Origin: Daphnia carinata
Lineage: Eukaryota
Assembly (NCBI RefSeq): GCF_022539665.2
Contig: NC_081333.1
Span: 186,001-250,000 of the forward strand
Length of the DNA: 64,000 nucleotides
Reading direction: 5' to 3'
Under the pieces are notes generated by a model. It ran no database searches, was not told where the DNA came from, and saw only the letters and a program-made list of their open reading frames with translations. Made by a program: the position numbers and the translations under genes. Positions 50,503 to 64,000 of this stretch are shown here, in pieces; position 1 is the stretch's first letter, and each line of letters begins with the position of its first letter.

Positions 50503-51542
50503 TATAAATTTTAATCATTATTGCAGCTTTATGTAAGAGGACGAATATCTCGTCCAAATCGCATGTCCAATCGTGGGTTTTCGACATAAAATCTTTTTTC
50601 ATATCATTTTTTGCTGCAAACTTAACACGGATTATTAATGTTCCAATTTTTAGAAATGTTGTTCAACCATGTTTAACCAACTTTTCTGAAAAGCAAAAAC
50701 AGAAAAGATCATTTAACGCATCCCTAATAGGGCTGGGCTATGGGTTACCTGAGATACCTGAGATCCTGTTTCAATTGCAAATTCGCGCATGCGCGTCGCG
50801 TTTCTTGCAATCTGGCAACGGTGCTACCCTGCTTTTAAGATTTCTTATTTTGATAAACATCGCCTGCTGAGGCTTGTACACACAGTCTGCTACCTCTGCT
50901 AACATTTTTAAAGTATTTTGTTTTTACCACAAAGGTTAAACTAAATAGTTAATAAAATAAAATTAGCTTTTATAACAGTTGTGAATTTAGTGATATATGG
51001 TTGATCGCGCAAGAATGTTCTAATAATAATTTTTTTTAAATAATAAGTTTTTATACTAGTAGCCTTTTTCCTTTATGAGTGACTACTCTAAAGCTAATTT
51101 AGAAAATTACCAAAATTAATTACAATGATTGACTGATGTTTTAGTTTATTGTTCTGTACAGCATACAAATATCGTATCAATTCAAATCCTTCACATATGT
51201 GAAAGCATTGGACAATTTGTTGTGAAATATTCCACCTACCAAACGCAAAACAACTGAATACAATCAGACAAGCATTGTACGATGTTTGTCTGGCAAATAA
51301 CAAAAGTAACTTGACCATTAAAATTGCTGTAGGTTTATTGGACTATGAAAACACATCAGGACCAACAAACCCGCATAAGACGATATACAAAGACTACAAC
51401 TATGCAAAGATAAGTACATAAATTCAAAATATACTAAGAAAAGCTTTTAACTGAGGAAAATGGTGAGTGGAACGGTGAAAACTGAGAAACTATCACATAG
51501 ACATTGGTATTTTCTGGAAGGTAAAGCAGAATATTTGCGATT

Positions 51543-53130
51543 TTACCATAAATCTGGATCGTCTTGAATCGGAACGTGACGGCGGAACTGGGCCTGAATG
51601 TTTTCGGGTAGCGAACTCATCTCTGCCATGTTCCGGAACAGACCAGGTGGCAAGAAACCAATCAAAAGCGGAGCGTGCTGCTCCAAGATTCTTCTTCTTT
51701 CCTCTGCGATTGCTTCGTCCTCGGCCTGTTGACGCAATTCTTCCATGCGGCGTTCTTCCTTCTTCTCAGCGAATTCCAATTTCTTCAGCTGACGTCGCTC
51801 TTCCAGTAAGGCCGCCTGCTCTTTCTGCAATTGCGTTAGATCCTTGTGCCTTCGTTCAGCGACCTCTCGTTCGGCCTTTTCCTCCATCGCGGCTTGCTCC
51901 AGCATCTATCAGAAAAATTCGAATGGTATCAAGCCCATTTTGCTAGGTATTAGGGAATCGCGAGTATGTTTACCCATAAACGTTCGTTAAGTTCTTCTTC
52001 TTTCTGCGCTTTCTTTTTCAGTTCAAGTTGGCGCAATTGTTCAGCCATATCTTCATTCCATTTGATTCTTTGGGCTTGAGTCATCTTCTCTAGTTCTTCA
52101 GCTTTTTTAGTTTCCAGCTCTTCCTTCTCTTCACAGCCATATTCAATCCATAACTCTTCTCGTTCACGGCGCCGGCGCTATGTATATTTCATTGAAAATT
52201 TTTTATTTTTTACGCATTGTTATTTATCATGTGGTTATTATGTACCTCTTCGACTTCCAAAGCTTTTTGAAGCCGATGGCGGATAGCAGCAAGTTTCTCG
52301 GCTTTCTCTTTCCTTTCTTGCTGCTGCATTTGACTCAATCGACGTCGTTGGAGTTGGCATTCTTCAATTAACCTATCTTCCTCCATTTCAATAAACTTCT
52401 GGATGGCTCTCCATTGGTTCTGCAATTTGATACAATGGTCTAATTCTTCTGCTAGGCGACGCTTCTTTCGCTCTCGGTCTTCTCGCTCTCTGGAATAAAA
52501 TTTTTTGTTTCAGGATAACTCATTACTTAAAACAGTGATTCCTCTTACTGTCGTTCTCTTCTCAGTTCAGCCATGAGAATTTCTTGCAGATAAATGTCAT
52601 CCAATTGCCGCTCTTCCAACATCTCAAGCTGCTTGGCAGCCCTGTATTGTTGGGCTTGATTCACCAGTTCTTGACAATACTTTTCCTTTTTCCACTTCTC
52701 ATACAGAAGTTTCCTAATTTCTAATTCATGATCCAATTTGAGCTGCTTTTCCATCTCTTCTCTTTCTTGCAATGTAATTTGCTAAAAAAAAATTTGTTTA
52801 TTAATTACAGTTTACTTAAAAGTAACAGCAAAATGAATGCAGATATTTACAGACCTTTTCCATCACCTTCAAGGATTCTTTTTCATCCAGTTGCTTCTTT
52901 CTCTCTTTCAGTATGTATGCCATTTTTAGTTTAGATTCTAGCTCTCTGATTTCTATGCTACTTTCAATAATTTTACGCCTTAACGGTAGACAAGACATAT
53001 TATGAGCATTGGGATGTGTGTTATTGCAAAATAACCACCTATACCTGAATGCTTCATTTTTAAGATCTTCGGCTGTAGCAGTTGATAGCTTCCGAGACAA
53101 ATACTTGTTCTGAGCATCCCTATGGCTCAT
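51543..53130 (-). CDS. MNS1: Meiosis-specific nuclear structural protein 1 (trichoplein/MNS1 coiled-coil family); start approximate
   Basis: Multi-exon E/K/R/Q coiled coil containing ESSIEIRELESKLKMAYILKER and the C-terminal EERRRILEQHAPLLIGFLPPGLF, both characteristic of MNS1. Confidence 0.85.
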
Positions 53131-53228
53131 CTGCAGTCTATCAAAGATATTCGCTTTTAAATGAGTGATGTGAATAGAAAAGTGGTAATCGAAACGTTCA
53201 AGATCATGTTATTTATACGCGGTTATTC

Positions 53229-53243
53229 GTTGCTATGGGTAAC
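53229..53243. promoter_or_regulatory. RFX X-box upstream of MNS1
   Basis: GTTGCTATGGGTAAC ~100 bp upstream of the MNS1 ORF, consistent with a ciliary gene. Confidence 0.7.
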
Positions 53244-53913
53244 CACCTAATGTTCAGGCTAAAGTCCAAACTAACGCGTTCTCTATAATGCGAAGAAAAA
53301 TATATTCTTGTATTTTTTTCTTAATTTTTAAATTCAGTTTTGGTTGAAAATTATTTTTATTACTTACTTTTTAAATCATCATTTATTAAAAACTGACTAA
53401 AGTATTTAATCAGAAAGAAAAGTGCGGACGTTTTCCTACAGATGGAGATAAAGCGTTCACCCCTGAAACGTGGAAATGAGACGTGGAAGGCATTGAATGC
53501 GTCCGTGACCGTCATAGCCTGAGGTTTCACGCTAATTGCTCTTTGTTGAATGTATTTGATAGATATTTGTTATAGAACTATTTAATTATGATGATTCTGA
53601 ATAAAAAACTGTTTTTTAACCAAACTCATTTCTGAATAGATAAGTAAATTAATAAAACCACGTATTATTTCCATAACTAGATGGCATTGCTCTTCTGCCA
53701 TCTGACGTGGCATTTGTGGCATAGCCTACGGGTATCGGTGTGATTCGAATCTGTCACCGGCTCCAGCTGTTTGGTCTGTATTTGCTTTCACATAGCTTTT
53801 CTTGAGTTCATCGTTTCCCCCCGCTTATTTCTCTCTCCCGCTGGACCCGGAGTTAGTCTCCTGTCATAGCTCCCCTTAACCATCAAATTAACCTAACGTA
53901 CTTAGCATATTAA

Positions 53914-55249
<1,336 letters not shown>

Positions 55250-55823
55250 AAATACTGAAAAGAAGAGCTTGATTGAGAGAAACAAGAAGACAAAACAAAC
55301 TCAAAATCTTAAGCGCCACAACAACAGCAACAAACAAAAAAAAATTGCAAAACGAAAGAAGTTATTAAAGAAATGGAGTGAAGTTTAAAATGTGCGGGTG
55401 AGGGAAACTTATACAACCAATATCATATTTCCTATATTGATAAAAAAAATAGATTTTTACGAGACTATATGAAAGAAAGATAGCAACAAAAGAAAACTCC
55501 TTTTCTCTCCCTTAATCCACTCCCTCCCTTTTCCAGGTGTGTGTTTGCGCGTTTGTGTGCGGATGAAAAGATAATCGTTGATATGAATTATACTTGGACA
55601 TTTTTTTTTACTATTTTGTTATTCTCATTGTTGGTCCAAACAAAAAAATACAACCTTTTGTTTTTCTCTTCTTTACAGAAAAAAAAATGGAAAATTGAAT
55701 TTAGTTCAATGAATTGCGTTTATATTGCGTGAGAATTAATTTAAGTCACAAATTGTAATGATAACAAAAATGTTCAAAAAAACATGTTATTCATGATTTA
55801 ATTAGTATCAGTTAAAAATGTGA

Positions 55824-56610
55824 TTATTGTCGTTCATTGACTGCAGAATTTGCGCCTTCATAGGAAGACGAATCCGAAGATGAACGATAAGGCCGCTGTT
55901 GGCTGCCGTAGCCGTACGGATTGAAAGCACCCTGACCGTACAGACTCTGTTGATTGTAGAGGCCGTATTGTCCGTAAGGGCTTTGTTGGCCGTACTGGCC
56001 GTAGAGTCCACTCTGCTGGCCGTAAAGACTCGCAGGAAAACCTCCTACAGAACCGAAACCTGCACCACCCAAACCTGGATAACTTCCAACTCCGTAACTA
56101 GGATATCCACCAGCCCCGTAAAGAGATCCACCACCGAATCCTTGCTGGCCATAACCGGCGCTGCCGAGAGCTCCTGGATAGGAGGCACCGAATCCACCCA
56201 GTCCAGCACCGCCGAACTGTTGCTGTCCGAAGCCTGGATAGCCAGTGACAGCCTGTTGGCCGTAAAGACTCTGCTGGTTGTAACCGATCGCTGCTTGGCT
56301 GCCGTAAAGCGATCCGGAAGAATAAGGTGAACTCAATCCACCGTAAGATGGAAATGCGGATGCCCCTCCGAATCCTCCTAGTCCCGTGCCGAAACCACTG
56401 CCACCTAAAATGCTTCCGAATCCGCCCAAAAGATTCCTCCCCGCAGGCTGTTGGTCACTACCAGCTGCTGACGGTTCCTCCGCTGACGCTGTGCTCCAAC
56501 ACACCGCCACAATCACCTAAATAAAACAAAGAAAATCGTTTAAAACTTTGGGTTTTTATGATTTATGATTAGATTTTCAATACCAAAATCCATCGAGTGA
56601 CGTATAACAT
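55824..56610 (-). CDS. Secreted Gly/Tyr/Gln-rich protein, 2 exons
   Basis: MLYVTRWIL|VIVAVCWSTASA...PAGR-NLLGGFGSILGG...(YGQQ) repeats. TATAAAA at ~56766. Confidence 0.9.
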
Positions 56611-58475
56611 GTTGGATGTCTTTTAGTTTATCTTTCGCACTGAAACTGTGTCACCTGGACGCACTTGTGTTCGGAAACGTAATGGGAGAAATCGAGCGTG
56701 TAACTGCGGGAGAAAGCTCGAAGATAGAACTCGACTGGTTCATCTATGCTGGTCGACAGACGAGGTTTTATACCTGGCAGTTTGTATACCTGGCGGAGGC
56801 ATCCTGCATTTCTTGTGCTTACACACATGTCCTTCGATTTTCGTTCGTGTGTGCATAATGTGCTCGCTCCCTCATGACTACAATATCGATAGCTCCCCTT
56901 TGTGCAAGAACAGTGTCTGTAAAGATTTACGTAATAACAACAACGACGTGGATACAACATCTTTGTGATTCTTCCACCTTCACCTTGAACCAAAAATGAA
57001 ATGACCGGTACTTTATTCTTTGGAGGAAGTCGTATTTTTTAATATTACAATCAAATAAATGAGAAATTCTGTGAACTGGAAGCAAAAGAATACAACAAAC
57101 TAGACAAAGGTCGGAATTGCGCACCGCACGCGATTGCGACTGTAAGTCAAACATATTCGAGATTTGACTTTCTAAAGGAAAGCTCTTTGATAGTTTTCGA
57201 AAAAGATCAGACTCCCTTTTTCAGGCGTCTGCAAAGGTGAAAGGACATTCAGGTGATCCATAGGAGAAAGTTAGGCTTAAAGAATTCGTTTTCCGTACCT
57301 GCCGTATGCAAATAAATGTTGAGTATAGGGTGGGTTCGCAAATGGGTTCCACAAGATGCTGTCAAAGACCTTGACCACATTTTTGAACGGATGTTCTATC
57401 ATCCACGTCATCAAATGTGCAAAGACATTAAGAAACACGCAACTTGATAGAATAATAATGGCGTTTAACGTTTCGCTCATTTGTTTGTGGAACGCAGCGG
57501 ATATGGGCGAGTTCCCGTCGTGACATTTAGCCTAAACACAATGTCATTATAAAAGCCAGTAGACCTTTGACTTTTTCGATTTCATTTCGCAAAAAAAAAA
57601 AAATGCCCTTATCGTTTGAAAAGACGAGCTTTCGGGAAAGCCAACGACCTCGCTCATAATGCGCAACGGGGAGCGTTCCCTCACAACATTTTGCTAATGA
57701 AAGCGATGACGATCTGTAGGTGAAATTAGTATGGAGGTTCCGAGACACAGATCGGGGTTAACGACAGCAGCTTTCTATTTATTCTGCACGTTGCAATATA
57801 CATGAAGTATAGCAAACGAGGAGAAAGTAGTCTCATATAGAGACAGACGCATGCTCTGTAACTCTCCTAGATATTTTCTATACAAAACTTAGAATTATTA
57901 CATCATCGAACGTTGGGGCGGCTTTAGTTTTAACCTGATATGAATTAACGTGCAAGAAGCACATCTTTTAATTCAAATATCTCAAAAACTATGAATCCCA
58001 CGTCAAAATGCAATGGATTTTTGTGATCCTTGTTGAATTTTGAATGAAATACGTAGCTTGCATGGTTCGCTAAAGTATTTTTAAGTTTTAGAACAAATTA
58101 AAATAAGCACGACTTTTTAAGCCCGACTTTTTAGTTAATTACAGTAAGGCCTTTTTGGATCAAAAATAAGGCTAAAATGTGGAATTGTTGGGAGGTAGAG
58201 TGCCATCAAATGCAGTGCAGGATCTCCATAGGCGTTTTGTAGGGACAAACGGCATTCCATATCATTGTGGCTTAGAAATAATACATCAAGATATACCGTT
58301 TGTTTTTCTTTTTTGTATATTTTCATTAGTATAAAATCAAGTGCGGTCTTACAAAAATAAGAAGGGCACGACGCTATCCGGGCTTTATCTTAAAGGTTAC
58401 GAAAAAGAGCAACAGCATTTTTTTTTACGTCAATTCATTTATAAATACAGATGGAAGACTGATGGTCCAAAGGGT

Positions 58476-59073
58476 TTAACCATAGTACGGCCTGTAAGAA
58501 CCAATCATGAATAAACGTTAATTTCTTTTCGTCATCGATAATTCGCTTATGTTTGCAATGTAATACTAACCCGCCGTAGCCGTAAGGTGCATAACCACCA
58601 TAGCCACCATAAGGATAAGACTGATAGCCATAGCCGCCGTAGCCACTGTAAGGCGCATATCCGCTGTATCCATAAAACGGAGGGTATCCTCCATATCTAT
58701 CACAAAAGAAAAAAAAAAGAAGTGCATCGTTTATGTGGACCTTTGATTCCTAGTGCAAATGCTAAGCATTGACAGTTCATATACGTACGTACCCATAATT
58801 AGCGGGATAGCCGTAAGCAGCTCCACCAATCAAACTTCCTAGAAGCCCTCCCAAATGTCTTCCTTGGGCTTCACCGCCACCTTCGGATCTCCCTGCTGCT
58901 CCTTGCTGTCCTTCATCGCAAGAAACGCCATTCCAAATAGCCGCCAACATCATCTTGAATTCAAAAACCCCGCGCCAAAATTTCAAAGAAAAAATAAGTT
59001 AGTGAGGAACTCAATGAATTGTTTTCATTTTTTTTACCAGCAAAACAGCGAAGAAAACAAACTGATTCTTCAT
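58476..59073 (-). CDS. Secreted Gly/Tyr-rich prepro-peptide, 4 exons
   Basis: MKNQFVFFAVLL|MMLAAIWNGVSC...AQGR-HLGGLLGSLIGGAAYG|YGGYPP...|PYYG*. TATAAAA at ~59186. Confidence 0.9.
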
Positions 59074-60690
59074 TTCTTTCCTTTTGATTCGTTCACAAAG
59101 AAAACGAGTCCAGGCCTCTACTGTTCACTTCTGTTCGTGTCGGAGTCGGAGAATGAATGCCGAGGGACCGCCAACAACAACACCGTTTTATACGCATCAA
59201 TAAGGTGCTAGTGTCCCAGGTGCGTGAGTGGCCTATGCGACCTTGAAGCGCACTGTCTGAACGCCGGTTACAACAATAAAAAGAAAACAAAAAAGATGCT
59301 GGTTGTAGCATAATGGGAAATGGTTAGCGTTTCTTCGAGAACGAAATGGATCTACCTTCACCTTGAACTCAATTCCTTTAGACAACTTCAACTAGGCGTA
59401 GATTTCTGTAGACTACGGCGGAAGTCTCGGTTTTTTATAACACGCTCGTATTAAAATCATGTTTTGATTAACAATGACAAGTCCTTTTTGTCATACGTTT
59501 AGCATAAAAGAAACGATTTTATCTAACATGAGATGTTTAAAGATTTTCTTTTAGACTCGTCACGCGATGAAATCATCACGAGGAAAGTTTTGCTGAACTG
59601 CTCACGAATGAAGTCATCCTCGCCAATTTCTTTTTTGTTTTTAGACATATGAAAAACCACGCCCCATTTCGTTCTTTATCACCTCCCAATAATTTTGCAA
59701 TTCTATTTTTTCTGTGTGTTTTTCATGGCGATATGCCCAATCAAGGACAGTAAAAAAAAAGACGCGTGATGTTGCGCTTCTGCTGTCACGGTATCAGGAC
59801 ATGCAAGCCGATGGTAGGAGAACCATGGCCTACATGTGAACCTTGCGACGGAATACAAAAGGGTGATACTTATCTAGGAAAACCCCAACAGGGTATAACA
59901 TAATCATGGGATATACAAATCCTTGTCTTTGTGTGGTTGAGAAGGAATAATGCACTGCATCACCACGCCTTGAGGACATCGGATGTCTGGGCTTCCTGCC
60001 TGCCGAAATTGAAGGCCACTTTAATATTAAATAGCACTAATTTTAAGTTTTGATAAACATCAATGAATCGGTCTACTGAATCGCAACGTTTAGTGCAATT
60101 CAACTGAATCCAAAATGAACTTTTTTCGCATAGACAATCGTGCTCCAATTTCTCTCTTACCGGCATGAATGTTCACTCTCACTATCACATTGTTTTTTTT
60201 TTACGTAACAATGCTGACGCATGATTTCTTTTTTTTTAATCCTAGAAGAGGTCGGCCAACACCACAACTCAAACTAGATCGTAAGAACTAAAAACAGCTG
60301 TCTCCCGCATTGCAGGTTTTAAATCAAACAAAAAACAAGTGTATGCATAACGAGATGGATTGAGAACGCAGCTTGAATCGATGATGGCTGTTTATTTTCT
60401 TATTCCTTTCTTTACGTGCTATTTTTTGGGAACGAGTGAGAAAATAAGACAATGATAACACATGTGGGTCATAGTGTACAATATATAGAAACTATATAGA
60501 AATTGAGGCGTGGTAAATTTCTGCGGCGCTTTAAAAATGCGAAATTGTTCAGTCATTATATCAGGTTTGAGTGGAACAATTGTTTCTTAATGACCATCAG
60601 GTGTAAAAAAAAAACGTTGCTAACGTTTTTCACTGCAGTCGTAAATAAATACATAAATCGGCAAACGATGTCGACTTGTGGGCACAAGTT

Positions 60691-61352
60691 CTAGAAGCCG
60701 TAGCCGAAACCTGGATAGCCGAACCCTCCTAGTCCGTAACCGAATCCGCCAAGTCCATATCCATATCCTCCCAATGGATACCTATATTCCATCACATAAA
60801 TCCAACAACATATTTATAACTGAATTAGTAGAATAATTTGAGGAAATTTTAAAACTTACCCGATGCCTCCGTACAAGGGATAAGAAGGCAGAGGTAAACC
60901 GTAGCCTAGAGGAAGTCCGTAACTAGGAATACCAAATCCATAACCTAATCCAGGATATCTATTTAACCACCAAAAACACGACATAAGGAAAAGGTAGAAT
61001 TAAAATAATCGATGGCAATTTTAATTACCCGATACCTCCACCGTACCCGAAACCTCCGAATCCATGTTTCTTATGGTGGGTCCTTGCCGTAGCGACGCCC
61101 GTTCCAGCGCTAGGACTTGCGGCAGCTGATTTGGCTGGAGCAGCAGCAGCTGCAGGCGCTGGATCTGCTGGCAAAGGAGACGATACAATCGGTGATATCA
61201 AACCAGCCGAGACCACCAACATCTACCGTCATGTTCCACACAACACATACACGAAAAAAAAATTAAGAACAAACATAAATTTGTGTTTTAAAGAACATAT
61301 TCCAATTGAGGGCGTCACAACTCACCAGGTACCAACAACACAAATTGGGCAT
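60691..61352 (-). CDS. Secreted Ala/Pro-rich plus Gly/Tyr/Leu/Phe-rich protein, 4 exons
   Basis: MPNLCCWYL|MLVVSAGLISPIVSS...ARTHHKKHGFGGFGYG|YPGLGYGFG...|YPLGGYGYGLGGFGY...GF*. Confidence 0.87.
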
Positions 61353-62291
61353 TTCCGTGCAGCGTTTATCTGAACTCTCGAACTTCTAAAAGACAACTGA
61401 TCGGGACGAACTCACCATTTGCTTCTTTTATGTTCTTGGGAGATCTCCCAATAGTTTTTTCAGCCGGTCAGTTTCAGCTTTCACTTTATAGTCTTTCTTT
61501 TTGGCTCGTAGGTGTAACAAACGGCATCATTTGGCAAGCCACAGGCAATTTAATTTTTAATAGACGCAACTTTTCCTTTTAAAAGGGCACGGCTATTTCA
61601 AGTTGAACGTGTGTCAATTGGAACACCCGAAATGAGAAAGAGGGTAAAGGGACGAGGTCATTAATGCATATCTGTCATGGATAGCCAAATTCAAGTGCTG
61701 CGAAACGTCAATGGGTGAACCTTGAACTGATTGTCTAAATGCAGAACAAACCCTAAAGATAAATGAACCTGCTGCTGTTAAATGATTTTTTAGAATAGAA
61801 AATGGATTACAAAATGCGTCGAATGAAATGGAGAGTTTTCTCAGTGCGAACTTTCAAATGATGACGAGTTGCTTGCAAATTCAGACGAGAAAATGTTAAA
61901 TAAAAAACGCCCAGAGCTTGGAAAACGAAGAAAGGGAAAGTTTTCTCTTTCCATGCCCTTTTTCGGAGATGAGATCAAATGCAAAGCGTAGTTAAACGAT
62001 GTTGGGAGACACATCCTGGTTTTCTCTTGCGTGGAAAAGAAAGTGGCGTTTGAACCAAAGGGCCACGACTATGTAATCGCCACCTAATGACGTAAACTGA
62101 AATGTCAATCAAACTAAATTTTTAATTTCAACGAACTTTAGTAGAAATACAAGAACAATGTAAAATTGCATTGAGACTGGTGAGACAATTGTCAGCAGAG
62201 AACATCAACTCCATGACAGCCTTTTTAAGTGTTGACAAATGGTCGTTGGTAAGGCAGGAAAATCATCAAAACAAGTGGATGCCTTTCTTTT

Positions 62292-63649
62292 TTAACGAGG
62301 AGAAAGAGCATGGCGTCCTCCGTCCACTGGTAGGGTGACACCAGTGATGAAACTAGCTTTGTCAGAAGCAAGAAACGCGATAGCTTCAGCGACTTCCTGA
62401 GCAAATCCCGGACGTCCTATTGGGTGCGTCTCTTGGCAACGACGAATAAACTGCAATGAGAAATATGTGGTTCGTAATACAGAAATGTTTAATGAGAAGT
62501 GTAAAAAAATGAAAGCATTTGTCGTACCTTCCTGTAGATGTCAGTTGTCATTCCACCTCGTTTTTGAAGTTCGGTCAATATCACACCGGGACTAGTTGGA
62601 AACAATGGAAAAAGAATTACTTTAAAACGTTCACGCCACTAAATGGACACAATTTATCTATCATACTTGACTGCATTAACCCGAACAAGTTTCCCAGCTA
62701 GTTCTGTAAGTAAATAAGACAAAAAAATAGAGTTGTTTAAGGTATGCAACCTCTTGCTGTGCAAAGTAGCTGCATACCCATTGCTACGGATTGCGTAAAT
62801 TGGTTGACTGCTGCTTTCGACATGTTGTAAGCCAATACATTGGTAAACTAAAAATTAAACATAAAAAAATGTTATCAACTGCATTGTATCAAATAACTGA
62901 TTGCTTTGAAAATTTGGCTATTCCCTCCTGTTTGAGATTTGTTGATACAAAAAAGCAACACCATCTATAGGCGTATTGCTAAATCAACTCACCGGACGAA
63001 TACCGTTGACACTTGATACGTTGACAATATTGCCACGAGAATTTATCAAATGGGGGACAGCCAGCATCGTTAATTGGTACATGGAACTGTAATGCATAAA
63101 GTTTCCAAAATGACAAAGATTTAATGAACCACGTGAGGCTTGGAGGAGCAAATAACGAGGCTTTACCGGACGTTAGTTTTCATCATTCGGTCCAACTGAT
63201 CTAACGACGTGCTTTCAATAGTACCCTGTTCCAAGATTCCGGCATTGTTTATAAGTACGTCAATCCGACCAAAGAAAGATAAAGTCGAGTGGAAAATTCG
63301 CCTTACATCTTCTTCATCAGTGAGATCACCTGCCAAGCACAAAATAAATCAGTGAATAATTTACAGAGAACAAGTCTCAGCATTAGATACCAAGTACTGT
63401 CTTGGGACGATTCCATGTCTCTTCGTAGCATTTCTCTGCCACCTGCGACAAGTTAGCATCATTCCTTCCTGTGAGAATCAAATGAGCACCTTGAAGAGCC
63501 ATCAAAGACGCAGTAGCAGCACCAATTCCTGAACTGGCCCCTGGTAATTAAAGCAACTAAAATTAATCAAAATGTTTTGTAAAAATTTCATTAAAGACAA
63601 TGGGCATACCTGTTATCAACACAACTTTATTCAGGAACATTGAAGGCAT
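62292..63649 (-). CDS. Classical short-chain dehydrogenase/reductase (FabG-like), multi-exon
   Basis: [26 protein letters not shown], catalytic YNMSK, RVNAVNPG and [12 protein letters not shown]. Confidence 0.95.
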
Positions 63650-64000
63650 TGTGGTGGTTGTGGTGAATTAATTTTAGGTATAAATTGAGATTTTAATCAT
63701 ATCAATTGCCAGTCGAAACCTGTTGCATAAAAAAAAAAAAATTTTCAGACATGTCAAGCCATCAACCCCAACTCTATGTTACTGCGTAATACAGTTTTAC
63801 TTAAACTGGATCGGTAAAACGATCCTTAACAAGCTTAAAAGGCATTGTTTTGACACAACGCATACGCTTAATATAGTGATTCAAGGTCACTTTACCCTTT
63901 ATATAAGAAGACATATCAAATGGCTAAAGTAAATTTATTGTTTTAAGAAAATGTTTTCTCGGAAAGAAATCAGTTACCTGTATTGAAATGTCATCGACAG

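Overview
This is eukaryotic, AT-rich DNA with many short (~60-100 bp) GT-AG introns. It looks like an arthropod, and a Daphnia-like branchiopod crustacean is my inference only. The window opens with a ~9-copy 376-bp satellite related to a dispersed palindromic repeat family. The dominant feature is a co-oriented minus-strand cluster of about 18 small-to-medium secreted protein genes (4.5-30 kb, 38.7-40.2 kb, 55.8-61.4 kb). All have a tiny first coding exon that splits the signal peptide. Most have a furin-like or monobasic site, a Gly-zipper hydrophobic segment and a Gly/Tyr/His-rich tail, and several end in an amidation-type Gly. One hidden member encodes a 19-aa amphipathic amidated peptide. 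Also present are a WSCD-type sulfotransferase with a pseudogenised tandem copy, an otopetrin proton channel with an unresolved 5' end, MNS1 head-to-head with TRAM1, and an SDR. An accessory island (46-50.8 kb) carries a decayed 2OG-Fe(II) oxygenase-like gene and an intact ORF built from two tandem HEPN-like domains (RNETCH / RNATCH), a candidate single-chain dual-HEPN RNase. Exon structures were assembled by hand from splice signals, so boundaries are provisional.
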